The notes: generated by a model not told the origin, from the sequence alone. A DNA stretch of 64,000 nucleotides from an uncultured Rickettsiales bacterium (GCA_964654855.1 CAZZJS010000004.1:133146-197145), one strand, 5' to 3'. Positions 38,126 to 47,286 are shown, numbered from the stretch's first letter. Translations and numbers: made by a program.

Positions 38126-39214
38126 ATGAATCGCGCAATTTTCATTCTTGGCATGCATCGCAGTGGCACTTCTGCCCTTGCGCGTGTGGTGAATTTACTA
38201 GGAGCTGATCTCGGCAATCACCTTATGGAGGCAGCGGAAGATAACCAAAAAGGCTTTTTCGAACATGAGCCTATCGTACAAGTTCACGAACAATTACTGA
38301 CTGAGCTTGGCTTAAGCTGGTATGATGGACTGCCATTACCAGACGGATGGCTGGAAAGCGAAGCCGCCGATAATGCCCGCACCGCCATTGCTGAAATTTT
38401 AGATGATGAATTTTCTGAATGCCCCATTTGGGCACTGAAAGACCCTCGCCAATGTCGCCTCATGCAACTTTGGATGCCCTTGCTAGAAGATCGCGAGATT
38501 AAGCCTCACTTCATCATCGCCTACCGTCATCCGTTAGAAGTAGCGGCATCCCTTCATAAACGCGATGGTATGAATGAAGATACAGCGCTACTTTGCTGGC
38601 TGAGTTATACACTGGAAGCCCTTATAGCCGCCGAGGGTCATCCGCAAACGATTCTCTCTTACAATGAATTATTAAGTGATTGGCAAGACGCCATGAAGCG
38701 CGCCTCTCAAGATTTAAATCTTGATTGGTCGGTTTCACTGAAAGACGCAGCTAAAGAGGTTGATGGCTTTCTGTCACCTGAATTACGTAACCATAAACAA
38801 GAACCTAAAAACCTAGGTGCACCTTATGATGCTTGTTTAGCCCTATTGGAAAAACCAAATTCAAAGAAACTTCATCAGCTAGTTAAAACATGGAAAGCTC
38901 AAACGGCCGCCATCGCTCCGCTCTTGCGTGAAGCACGTTTAGAGAATTTATCTCTACAGCATCAACTTATAGAAGCAAAAAAACAGGCCGCCAAAGCGAG
39001 TCACCGCACAGATGATTTAGAGACCCAATTTCAAACGCTTACACAACGCTTGAACGAAGTAGAAGCCGAAGCCGCCAGTCGCGAAGCTACTCTTAAAACT
39101 CAGCTTGAATCCGTCTATGATTCAAGCAGCTGGAAAGTCACCGAACCAATGCGGAAATTAAGCAGTGCTATTGGCGGTGGGAAAAAGCTGGCAAAACAAG
39201 ATGATAAGAGCTAA
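38126..39214 (+). CDS. Sulfotransferase-family protein with C-terminal coiled coil
   Basis: 362 aa. PAPS-binding-loop-like ILGMHRSGTSAL at the N-terminus, a coiled-coil segment (about residues 270-330), then SSSWKVTEPMRKL. Confidence 0.55.
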   Translation: MNRAIFILGMHRSGTSALARVVNLLGADLGNHLMEAAEDNQKGFFEHEPIVQVHEQLLTELGLSWYDGLPLPDGWLESEAADNARTAIAEILDDEFSECPIWALKDPRQCRLMQLWMPLLEDREIKPHFIIAYRHPLEVAASLHKRDGMNEDTALLCWLSYTLEALIAAEGHPQTILSYNELLSDWQDAMKRASQDLNLDWSVSLKDAAKEVDGFLSPELRNHKQEPKNLGAPYDACLALLEKPNSKKLHQLVKTWKAQTAAIAPLLREARLENLSLQHQLIEAKKQAAKASHRTDDLETQFQTLTQRLNEVEAEAASREATLKTQLESVYDSSSWKVTEPMRKLSSAIGGGKKLAKQDDKS

Positions 39215-39224
39215 AAACCGCACC

Positions 39225-40445
39225 ATGACAAAAAGAGTGATATTTACCAGCTGCGCAACCAACTATATTCCTAAAGCACGCGTGCTAGCGGAAAGTGTGA
39301 AGCAGTTTCACCCCGAAATTGACGTATTTGTTCTACTCGCAGATACGCCGCCAGATGGATTTTCCCTTAAAAATGAAGCCTTCGATACACTCTTTGCCGC
39401 TAAAGATTTGGGCATTGAAGATTATGAGCGGTGGATTTTCGGCCATCGCATTGTTGAGGCTTGCACTGCCGTAAAACCCTTCATGCTGCGCCACTTGCTG
39501 GAACAGGGCTATGATGAAGTGATTTATTTTGATCCTGATATTGCCATTTTCACCACGCTTGAGCCTATCTTCGATGGATTTAAAAAGGGCAGCGTATTGC
39601 TGACTCCGCATATTAATGAACCCGAAGCTACGACCGAAGCCATTAAAGATAATGAGCTAAACTCACTTAAGCACGGGCTTTATAACTTTGGTTTTGTTGC
39701 TGTAAAGAATGACGAAACGGGTCGCGCTTATGCCGATTGGTGGGCAGAGCGTTGTTATTTCCGCTGCTTTGACGATATTGCCGGCGGTAATTTCACCGAC
39801 CAAAAGTGGAATGATCTCGTTCCCGTCTTTTTCGATAATGTGCATTTACTCAAACATCCGGGCTGCAATGTCGCCACGTGGAATTACGCTCAACGCAAAC
39901 TTGAAGGGTCGCTCAAAGACGGTATCACCGTTAATGGCGAGGCCTTCATTTTTCATCACTTTACCGGTTTTGATAGCGGCGCTCATATTTTGATGCGGGA
40001 TAAATATGGCAAAGATATGCCCGCAGCGCTGGAACTTAGCCATTGGTATGTCGATGCTTGCGACAAATATTCCGAAGAAAAGCTAGAAGCGGTGCCTTGG
40101 GCTTATGGCTCATATGATGATGGCCAACCTGTACAAGCGCACCATCGCGCGCTTTATCGTACCCGCGAAGATTTGCGTGAGGCTTTCCCACAGCCTTTCT
40201 CCACCGCTAAACAGGGTAAGCATAAAATGTGTTTTCCTGAATGGTTGAAAAATGAAGGCCTGCTTGATTATGCTCCTTTTATCGGAGAAGCCGTTCGCCC
40301 ATTCCGTCAATTTATGCGCGATACGCGATTTGAATTTGATGGCTATGTCACTCGTACCAATCGCCTAAAAGGGTGGCAAAAACGCGGTGTGCTTAAACTT
40401 TCCGGCTTCGTTTTCGGTCTCGCTGGTGGGAAGAAAGCAGCCTAA
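39225..40445 (+). CDS. GT-A fold (GT8-like) nucleotide-sugar glycosyltransferase
   Basis: DxD motif in VIYFDPDIAIF, plus FTDQKWNDLVP and GCNVATWN. The start is ATG 39225, with 39201 as an alternative. The track start (39165) lies inside the upstream gene. Confidence 0.55.
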   Translation: MTKRVIFTSCATNYIPKARVLAESVKQFHPEIDVFVLLADTPPDGFSLKNEAFDTLFAAKDLGIEDYERWIFGHRIVEACTAVKPFMLRHLLEQGYDEVIYFDPDIAIFTTLEPIFDGFKKGSVLLTPHINEPEATTEAIKDNELNSLKHGLYNFGFVAVKNDETGRAYADWWAERCYFRCFDDIAGGNFTDQKWNDLVPVFFDNVHLLKHPGCNVATWNYAQRKLEGSLKDGITVNGEAFIFHHFTGFDSGAHILMRDKYGKDMPAALELSHWYVDACDKYSEEKLEAVPWAYGSYDDGQPVQAHHRALYRTREDLREAFPQPFSTAKQGKHKMCFPEWLKNEGLLDYAPFIGEAVRPFRQFMRDTRFEFDGYVTRTNRLKGWQKRGVLKLSGFVFGLAGGKKAA

Positions 40446-41839
40446 TGAAGCAACAGCTGGTTGAGTTTGCGCGCCAAGTTTTGCGAGTTTCACCGCTGCG
40501 CGCTGTGCATAAACGTAAAATTCAGCGTTTTTGTTTTCTAACATTTCCTTCCCTTTTCCGCCATTTGCCAGCCTATCAGCTATGGAGCCTGCAAAACCCC
40601 GCCATTGCCGATAAAGAGTTGCGTAAGATGGATTTGCCGCAAAAACGTTCTGATACTTTAGAAGAGCCTATTTTTAAGAGTGAAAATCCAAGCATTTTAA
40701 TGGTTAGTCATAGTTTGGGCGGCGGCACTGAGCATCACCTCAAACAGCTTGGTGAAAAACTGGAACAAGAAGATGTGACTGTTTGGGCATTGCGCAGCCT
40801 CGGTTCTGAGTGGGTGCGCTTATTGCCTTATGATAATTTAGAGGATGAAGGTTTAATTTACCATCTTGAGACTGAGTCTGAACTTCTGCTTCAGCAGTTA
40901 GAGCTATTTGATATTCGCCTCATTCATGTTCATCACCTCGTCGATTTCACCGCTGGCTTTAGCAATAAAATTCGATCTTTTGCTGAACGGTTAGAGATCC
41001 CTTACGATTTCACCGCCCATGATTATTTAAGCATCTGCCCGCGTTTTACTCTTTATAGCGATGCTACACGCGGCTATTGCGGCGAGCCCGATGTAAAACA
41101 CTGCAGCGGTTGTGTGAAAACTTACGGTTCAGCTGCTGGCAAAGATGTGGATGTTGAAAAATGGCGCACCGATTATGCCGAATTTCTAAATGCTGCCCGC
41201 CATGTTTACACCCCCGATATGGATGTAAAAAATAGACTGGAACGTTATCTCCCAGATTCTACGATTATCAATCGCCCGCATTGGGATGAAGCTGAAGTTA
41301 CTCCGCTCGCTCGCAAAGCAGGTAAAAAACTTCGCGTACTCACCTTAGGTGGTATCGCACCTCATAAAGGCTCGATGGTTTTAAAAGAATGCGCCGAAGA
41401 TGCCAAAAAGCGCGGATTAGATATCGAATTCACCTTGATTGGCTTTAGCGACATTGATTGGCAATTAAACAAATTTATGACTGTGACCGGCCCTTATAAA
41501 CAAGCTGAGTTACCACAAATGCTAAAAGACGGCGAATTTGATATGGTTTTCCTACCTGCTACTTGGCCGGAAACCTTCAACTATACTTTATCTGAGATTC
41601 TACATTTTGGCATTTATCCGGTGAGTTTTGAGATTGGTGCCATTGCGCGAAGAATTCGTGAAATAGGCTATGGAAGCGTTCTACCTTATAAACTCTATCG
41701 CTATGCTAGTGATATTAACGATGCTTTATTAGCCATTACTATTGAGGATGCTCCCGTTGAGAAACTCAAATCAGCGCAAGCCAGCTACGCTAATATTTTA
41801 GATGAATATTATAATTTAGAAATAAAAGCTTCTAGCTGA
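40445..41839 (+). CDS. Group 1 (GT-B, GT4-like) glycosyltransferase
   Basis: 464 aa. HSLGGGTEHH, LGGIAPHKG and a C-terminal E-x7-E-like region (PETFNYTLSE). The 3' end overlaps convergent coaE by 31 nt. Confidence 0.65.
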   Translation: MKQQLVEFARQVLRVSPLRAVHKRKIQRFCFLTFPSLFRHLPAYQLWSLQNPAIADKELRKMDLPQKRSDTLEEPIFKSENPSILMVSHSLGGGTEHHLKQLGEKLEQEDVTVWALRSLGSEWVRLLPYDNLEDEGLIYHLETESELLLQQLELFDIRLIHVHHLVDFTAGFSNKIRSFAERLEIPYDFTAHDYLSICPRFTLYSDATRGYCGEPDVKHCSGCVKTYGSAAGKDVDVEKWRTDYAEFLNAARHVYTPDMDVKNRLERYLPDSTIINRPHWDEAEVTPLARKAGKKLRVLTLGGIAPHKGSMVLKECAEDAKKRGLDIEFTLIGFSDIDWQLNKFMTVTGPYKQAELPQMLKDGEFDMVFLPATWPETFNYTLSEILHFGIYPVSFEIGAIARRIREIGYGSVLPYKLYRYASDINDALLAITIEDAPVEKLKSAQASYANILDEYYNLEIKASS

Positions 41840-42393
41840 GCCTTGCTGGATTCCAATCCATCAGATGTATCAATCACCACATCTGCTCTTTTGCGTTTTT
41901 CAGCATCCGGCATTTGACGGGATAGGATTTGCTGAAGTTTCTCTTCCGTCATCCATTCACGTTCCATTGCCCGCTCACGCTGCATTTCAGGCGAACAACT
42001 AACCACCATTACTTTATCGCAAATGCTTTGCGCACCTGTTTCAAATAACAAAGGAATTTCTAACACTAAGATCGGCCAATTTTCTGCTTTAGCTTGGGCA
42101 ATCAACGCTAGATTAACAGCACGCACTTTAGGGTGGAGGAACTCTTCTAACTGTGAGAGTTTATCCTGATCAGCAAAAACCTCCATACCGAGATTTTGAC
42201 GATTTACGACTTCATCTTCCACCGCATTTGGAAACACCCCTGCGATTTGAGAAATAAGCGCTTTATCTTCAGCCAATAATTGATGCACCACCGCATCTGC
42301 ATCGCTCACTTTAGCACCTAGCTCCGCTAGCTGTTTTGCCACCGTGCTTTTACCCATGGCGATGGAGCCTGTAAGTCCAATAGTGATGGTCAT
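41809..42393 (-). CDS. coaE: Dephospho-CoA kinase
   Basis: 194 aa. P-loop GLTGSIAMGKST. Confidence 0.9.
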   Translation of the reverse strand: MTITIGLTGSIAMGKSTVAKQLAELGAKVSDADAVVHQLLAEDKALISQIAGVFPNAVEDEVVNRQNLGMEVFADQDKLSQLEEFLHPKVRAVNLALIAQAKAENWPILVLEIPLLFETGAQSICDKVMVVSCSPEMQRERAMEREWMTEEKLQQILSRQMPDAEKRKRADVVIDTSDGLESSKAQLEAFISKL

Positions 42394-42397
42394 AAAA

Positions 42398-42865
42398 TTA
42401 GCTTAATACAAGCTCGCCGCCCTGTCCAAGATCATTGTAGAAGAAAGATTCTCGATTTTTTTCCAAAATCTCGATTATTTTTGTTCTAACTTCGTTTACT
42501 TCTTTTTTTGTGTCTAAATGTAAATCTTTAGGGAGTCTGAGATATTTCGTTTCTTCAATAAGGTAGTCCATATCTTTGATAAGTTCTTTTTGTAATTTTT
42601 CGTGTTTTTTCTGTAAAATTAGCGGACTTCCCGTTTCTGCGGATTGACACATATTTTGATACTTACTGACAAGATTGTTTCTCTTCTCAATTGCGATACC
42701 TAAAAATTCATTCACTTTTTCAGATTTATTCTCCAAGTCATGAAATTGAAGGCGTTCAATAAATTTTCCAAAATTAATGTAAAAGCGTTGTCCTAAAATT
42801 TCTTGAGTTTCCAACTCTTCTAATAGCTGAGCCTTAGGATCATATTTTTCAGGTGATAAGTCCAT
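42398..42865 (-). CDS. Hypothetical protein, 155 aa, low-GC ORFan between aroE and coaE
   Basis: Lys/Glu-rich helical protein. A 120-nt hand count gave about 31% GC, against 40-43% in aroE/coaE samples. Overlaps the aroE 3' end by 17 nt and ends 4 nt before coaE. Confidence 0.5.
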   Translation of the reverse strand: MDLSPEKYDPKAQLLEELETQEILGQRFYINFGKFIERLQFHDLENKSEKVNEFLGIAIEKRNNLVSKYQNMCQSAETGSPLILQKKHEKLQKELIKDMDYLIEETKYLRLPKDLHLDTKKEVNEVRTKIIEILEKNRESFFYNDLGQGGELVLS

Positions 42866-43661
42866 CTCGTATTGTTTTATCCGCTTCTGGTTTTATTCCA
42901 AAGAAGGCTTCAAAAGCGGGAACGGCTTGATGAATGAGCATTCCCAATCCATCAACGGTTGGGTTTCCTCGTTCAGCTGCTTGCTTTAAAAGCATTGTAT
43001 GAAGTGGATTATAAACAATATCCGTAACTAAAGCGTTAACAGGAAGTGACTCTAAGTTGAGTTCTAATTCAGGTTGATTTTTCATTCCCAAGCTAGTCGT
43101 ATTAATCAGTAGGCTCGCAGCAGATAGTGATTCAGAGCTATTCTTCCAATCTTCAACTTGAATGGATGGATGCATTTCAGCTAAAGCTTCTGCCTTTGAA
43201 CGTGTACGATTAAGAAGGGTAATTTGCGTAACTCCTTCTGCTAATAAACCTGCTATCACTGCACGTGCTGCACCACCTGCTCCTAAGATAATTGCATGAT
43301 TTAGATATGGTGAAAGATTCTCCACCCCCTCACGCAGGTTCTCAATAAATCCATAAGCATCCGTATTATCGCCATGAATCTTCTCATCTTTAAACGTCAC
43401 GGTATTAACCGCGCCGATTAGCTTTGCTTTAGCAGAAATCTGATCAAGATAGGGAGTCACTTGTTCTTTTAATGGAACGGTTAAATTAACCCCTGTATAC
43501 CCTTCTTCCTTTAGCTTAGATATCCTCTCACCAAGGAATTCAGGCGATGTCTTGATTGCCTCATAATCTCCCTCAATACCATATTTCTTTAACCAATAAC
43601 CATGAAGTTTGGGGGACAGCGAATGGCTGATTGGATAACCAAGCACGGCAGCGCGTTTCAT
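42849..43661 (-). CDS. aroE: Shikimate dehydrogenase
   Basis: 270 aa. HSLSPKLH, NLTVPLK and GAGGAARA. Confidence 0.9.
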   Translation of the reverse strand: MKRAAVLGYPISHSLSPKLHGYWLKKYGIEGDYEAIKTSPEFLGERISKLKEEGYTGVNLTVPLKEQVTPYLDQISAKAKLIGAVNTVTFKDEKIHGDNTDAYGFIENLREGVENLSPYLNHAIILGAGGAARAVIAGLLAEGVTQITLLNRTRSKAEALAEMHPSIQVEDWKNSSESLSAASLLINTTSLGMKNQPELELNLESLPVNALVTDIVYNPLHTMLLKQAAERGNPTVDGLGMLIHQAVPAFEAFFGIKPEADKTIRDGLIT

Positions 43662-44494
43662 GAAGTTCCTTCTTTATTAGCCTCTTCTTCAAGACGACGG
43701 TGATAAATATTTAAAATAGCAGCTGCTGTTTCTTCGACAGAGCGTTGAGAAACATCGATGACTGGCCAGCCATTTTGACGATAAAGCTGACGGGCAGTTT
43801 TAATTTCTTCCTCAACTTTTTCATTATCCGCATAGTGGTCCAGATTTTTATGACCAATGGATTCTAAGCGGCTACGGCGAATTTCAATTAAACGGTTTGG
43901 ATGAATAATCAGCCCAACAATAAGTGCATCTTCTACGGCAAAAAGCTCTTCTGGTAGATCAACTCCATAAACATAAGGTACATTTGCTGCTTTCAAGCCA
44001 CCATAAGCCAAATAAACACAAGTGGGAGATTTACTCGTTCGTGAAGGGCCAACGAGAATAATATCGGAGGAAGCCAACTCCCAATGGCGTTTTCCATCAT
44101 CGTGACTAAGGGTATAATCAATCGCTTCAATCCGACTAAAATAATTATCATTCATTTCATGTCGGCTACCTGGGCGGGCAGAAGTTTCTTGCTGTAAATA
44201 AGCTGAAAGCGTGTTGGATGCTCGTTCCAATGGATTAATACAAGGTAGATTTAAACGCGCGCAAATACGTTGTAGCTTTTCGTTCAATTCACCATCAACC
44301 ATCGTATAAAAAACAGGACCTGGGCTAGCAATCAAAGCTTGCTCAAATCTTTCTAGTTGCTTTTCACTACGCAATAAGGCCCAAATATGTTCTTGTCCAT
44401 CTACTTCGTCAAATTCAGCCACCACCGCGCGCGCAATCGCACTAACCGTTCCGGCAGTCGAATCAGAAACCAAGTGAATGTGAAGTTCTTTCAT
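43658..44494 (-). CDS. Pyruvate,phosphate dikinase / PEP synthase regulatory protein-like kinase-pyrophosphorylase (DUF299)
   Basis: 278 aa. HLVSDSTAGT...VGPSRTSKSPT. Homologue of Caulobacter CC0001 / Rickettsia RP001, which flank the origin. Confidence 0.85.
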   Translation of the reverse strand: MKELHIHLVSDSTAGTVSAIARAVVAEFDEVDGQEHIWALLRSEKQLERFEQALIASPGPVFYTMVDGELNEKLQRICARLNLPCINPLERASNTLSAYLQQETSARPGSRHEMNDNYFSRIEAIDYTLSHDDGKRHWELASSDIILVGPSRTSKSPTCVYLAYGGLKAANVPYVYGVDLPEELFAVEDALIVGLIIHPNRLIEIRRSRLESIGHKNLDHYADNEKVEEEIKTARQLYRQNGWPVIDVSQRSVEETAAAILNIYHRRLEEEANKEGTS

Positions 44495-44812
44495 TGTGGA
44501 TAAGTCATAGCATAAATGCAGCTGAAATCTATGGATGGATGAGTGGGTAAAATAATTTAATCAATTTCCCACAAACTACCGTGGTTTTTTGAACCAATTA
44601 TACACATGGTGAAGGCTAAAATTATAGTTCATGGAATAACTATATAAAAACCATGAACTATAGCCAATTTAACTTGTGGAAATCTATGCGTATAAGTGAA
44701 GTATGATAAATAATCCCCAAGATTCATAGGGATATAAAACTACTACTATCTTATTAAAATATATTATTTATTTTATTTGTTTGATTGGAAAATCTGGTTT
44801 ACACCATCGGTC
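44495..44812. other. Probable chromosomal replication origin (oriC)
   Basis: Perfect DnaA box TGTGGATAA at 44495-44503 and a 1-mismatch box TTATACACA at 44598-44606. Weaker boxes at 44565-44573 and 44675-44683. A 12-bp perfect inverted repeat lies at 44623-44634 / 44651-44662. The direct 10-mer GAAATCTATG occurs at 44524 and 44679. A 28-nt pure A/T tract spans 44751-44778. Sits in the conserved hemE/DUF299 position. Confidence 0.7.
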
Positions 44813-45832
44813 ATGATAACAAAACGGCTTTTACAAACCCTCGACGGAAAGGTGCTTAAAAAACCCCCTTTTTGGTTTATGCGTCAAGCAGGTAGATATT
44901 TGCCTGAATATTTGGAAACACGAGCTAGCTGTGGTGGTTTTCTCGATCTGTGTTTCACCCCTGAAAAAGCAGCAGAAGTAACATTACAGCCTATTCACCG
45001 TTTTGATATGGATGCTGCTATTCTTTTTTCGGATATTTTAGTGATTCCATTGGCTCTTGGGCAAGAGGTTAGTTTTGTTAAAGGGGAGGGGCCAAAGCTT
45101 CCTCCCATCACTTTAGCATCTGAAGTTGAAGCATTAAATTATGAACCAGAAAAGCTCTTCCCGATTTACGGAACACTAGGTATTTTATCAGAAGAATTAC
45201 CGAAAGATAAAACACTTATCGGATTTTCTGGCAGTCCGTGGACATTAGCGTGTTACATGATTGAGGGTGGGGGAAGTAAGGATTTTGCCAAGGCTCGAAA
45301 ATTTGGACATACCCAGCCACAGGCCTTTTCGCAGCTTTTAACAAAGTTAGAAAATGCGATTATTGATTACTGTGGTTGCCAAATTGATGCGGGAGCTGAA
45401 GTGGTTCAACTGTTTGATAGTTGGTCAGGTGTTTGTTCTGCCCAAGAATTTGATGACTGGGTGGTAGCTCCAACCAAGCGAATTGTGGCGGCGCTAAAAG
45501 CGAAATACCCGAAGGTTCCGGTGATTGGCTTTCCACGTTTAGCCGGTATTGGTTATCGTCGTTACGTAAAAGAAACGGGTATCGATGCGGTGGGAATGGA
45601 TGTGCAAATTACACCACAATGGGCGAAATCGCATCTATCCGAATTTGCGGTGGTGCAAGGAAATTTAGATCCAATTCTTTTGGCAACTGATGGCGATGCA
45701 GCGATAGAACAGGCTAAATTCTTGTTAGAGTCATATAAAGATGTGCCTTTCATTTTCAATTTAGGGCATGGCTTTATTCCTGAAACGCCCGTTAAAAATG
45801 TTGAACGCTTAGTGGAACTCTTAAAGTCATGA
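44813..45832 (+). CDS. hemE: Uroporphyrinogen decarboxylase
   Basis: PFWFMRQAGRYLPEY near the N-terminus. Start moved from TTG 44777 to ATG 44813. Confidence 0.95.
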   Translation: MITKRLLQTLDGKVLKKPPFWFMRQAGRYLPEYLETRASCGGFLDLCFTPEKAAEVTLQPIHRFDMDAAILFSDILVIPLALGQEVSFVKGEGPKLPPITLASEVEALNYEPEKLFPIYGTLGILSEELPKDKTLIGFSGSPWTLACYMIEGGGSKDFAKARKFGHTQPQAFSQLLTKLENAIIDYCGCQIDAGAEVVQLFDSWSGVCSAQEFDDWVVAPTKRIVAALKAKYPKVPVIGFPRLAGIGYRRYVKETGIDAVGMDVQITPQWAKSHLSEFAVVQGNLDPILLATDGDAAIEQAKFLLESYKDVPFIFNLGHGFIPETPVKNVERLVELLKS

Positions 45833-46866
45833 AAAAAGTTGCAGTGGTTTTACTGAATCTAGGTGGGCCGGATAAACCAGAATCGGTACAACCATTTCTG
45901 TTTAATCTATTCAATGATAAAGCGATTATTGGTGCACCACAGCCGATACGCTGGATGATTGCAAAACTTATCTCGACTCGTCGTGCGCCGATTGCGCGTG
46001 AAATTTATGAATATTTAGGTGGAAAGTCCCCATTGCTTGAGCTGACTAAAGAACAAGCAAGCGCCTTAGATGAATCTTTAAAGACAAATAAGAAGGCCGA
46101 ATATAAGAGCTTTATTTGTATGCGTTATTGGCATCCAATGTCGGCTGAGTCGGTATCTCAGGTCAAAGAATGGGGCGCTGATGAGGTGATTTTACTGCCG
46201 CTCTATCCACAATTCTCAACAACGACGACGGGAAGTTCTTTCAAAGAATGGGAAAAGCATGCCAAGCAACAAGGTTTGAATGTCCTAGTCGCACGTGTCG
46301 GATGTTATCCAACGCAAAGTGACTTTATTAAATCCCATGCAGTTTTAATCAAAGAAACCTATGAGAAAGCTAAAAAACACGGTACCCCGCGTATCTTATT
46401 TTCAGCGCATGGCTTACCGCAAAAGATTGTGGATGCTGGTGACCCTTACCAATGGCAGGTAGAGCAAACGGCGGAAGCCATTATCGATGAACTTGCTATT
46501 GAAGGTTTAGATTCTGTGGTTTGTTATCAAAGTAAGGTGGGGCCCCTTGAATGGTTGAAACCTTCAACGGAATCCGAAATTGAGCGAGCGGCTAAAGAAG
46601 GTGTTCCAATCGTGATTTTACCCATCGCCTTTGTTTCAGAACATTCCGAAACTCTGGTGGAGCTCGATATTGAATATCGTGAATTGGCTGAGGAACATGG
46701 TATAAAAGGCTATGAGCGCGTACCAGCGCTTGGCACTCAACCTCATTATATTAAAGCGCTTAAGAAAATTTGCTTAGAAGCGAAACTAGGCCAAACTACT
46801 TCGTATAAAGGGATGCGCCTATGCCCACCAGAATTTACTAAATGTGCTTGTCGGGATGCGGCGTAG
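45829..46866 (+). CDS. hemH: Ferrochelatase
   Basis: 345 aa. LLNLGGP...SAHGLP...FVSEHSETL. The start overlaps the hemE stop. Confidence 0.95.
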   Translation: MKKVAVVLLNLGGPDKPESVQPFLFNLFNDKAIIGAPQPIRWMIAKLISTRRAPIAREIYEYLGGKSPLLELTKEQASALDESLKTNKKAEYKSFICMRYWHPMSAESVSQVKEWGADEVILLPLYPQFSTTTTGSSFKEWEKHAKQQGLNVLVARVGCYPTQSDFIKSHAVLIKETYEKAKKHGTPRILFSAHGLPQKIVDAGDPYQWQVEQTAEAIIDELAIEGLDSVVCYQSKVGPLEWLKPSTESEIERAAKEGVPIVILPIAFVSEHSETLVELDIEYRELAEEHGIKGYERVPALGTQPHYIKALKKICLEAKLGQTTSYKGMRLCPPEFTKCACRDAA

Positions 46867-46872
46867 TGAGCT

Positions 46873-47277
46873 CTAAAAACCCATATCCTTATCAGGATGA
46901 AGTGCCTTTTTAAAACCACTCTTAGCTACTTCCTCAATGTGTTCGTCAATTTTCGTATGACTAAATTTTTTAATCATTTCGTAAGCAACAGGTTGAAGAA
47001 TGGCATTTTTATCCTGTGCTGAAAAATTGCCATCAGATTTCCATACGTAACCTCTTTCCCAATCTACCTTAAATGTAAGCAAGAGTTCAGATGCTAAGGA
47101 ATCTGAAAAGCTTCGTTTTAAATGAGTTAGCATTTCAGGAGTAACTGTATTTGCATTTTTTTCTAAATATGAAGCAATGTACTCATAAGCAGCTATTTTG
47201 AATTTATACCTAGTGGAATTTGTAGCCATAACGTTAATGTAGCAGTAAATAGTTGAAAGAATGTAAACAAAAGGCAT
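46873..47277 (-). CDS. Hypothetical protein (134 aa; possibly 118 aa from ATG 47229), low-GC ORFan
   Basis: No recognisable motif. A 60-nt hand count gave about 30% GC. The annotated start is only 9 nt from the divergent ampG start, so the internal Met (MATNSTRYKF) is more plausible. Confidence 0.45.
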   Translation of the reverse strand: MPFVYILSTIYCYINVMATNSTRYKFKIAAYEYIASYLEKNANTVTPEMLTHLKRSFSDSLASELLLTFKVDWERGYVWKSDGNFSAQDKNAILQPVAYEMIKKFSHTKIDEHIEEVAKSGFKKALHPDKDMGF

Positions 47278-47286
47278 ATTTCTTTT

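Noticed and set aside
44495-44812. CtrA boxes (TTAA-N7-TTAA) in the putative origin.
   Set aside because: Only imperfect candidates are present, for example TTAAAATATATTAT. There are no perfect sites, so I make no CtrA-control claim.
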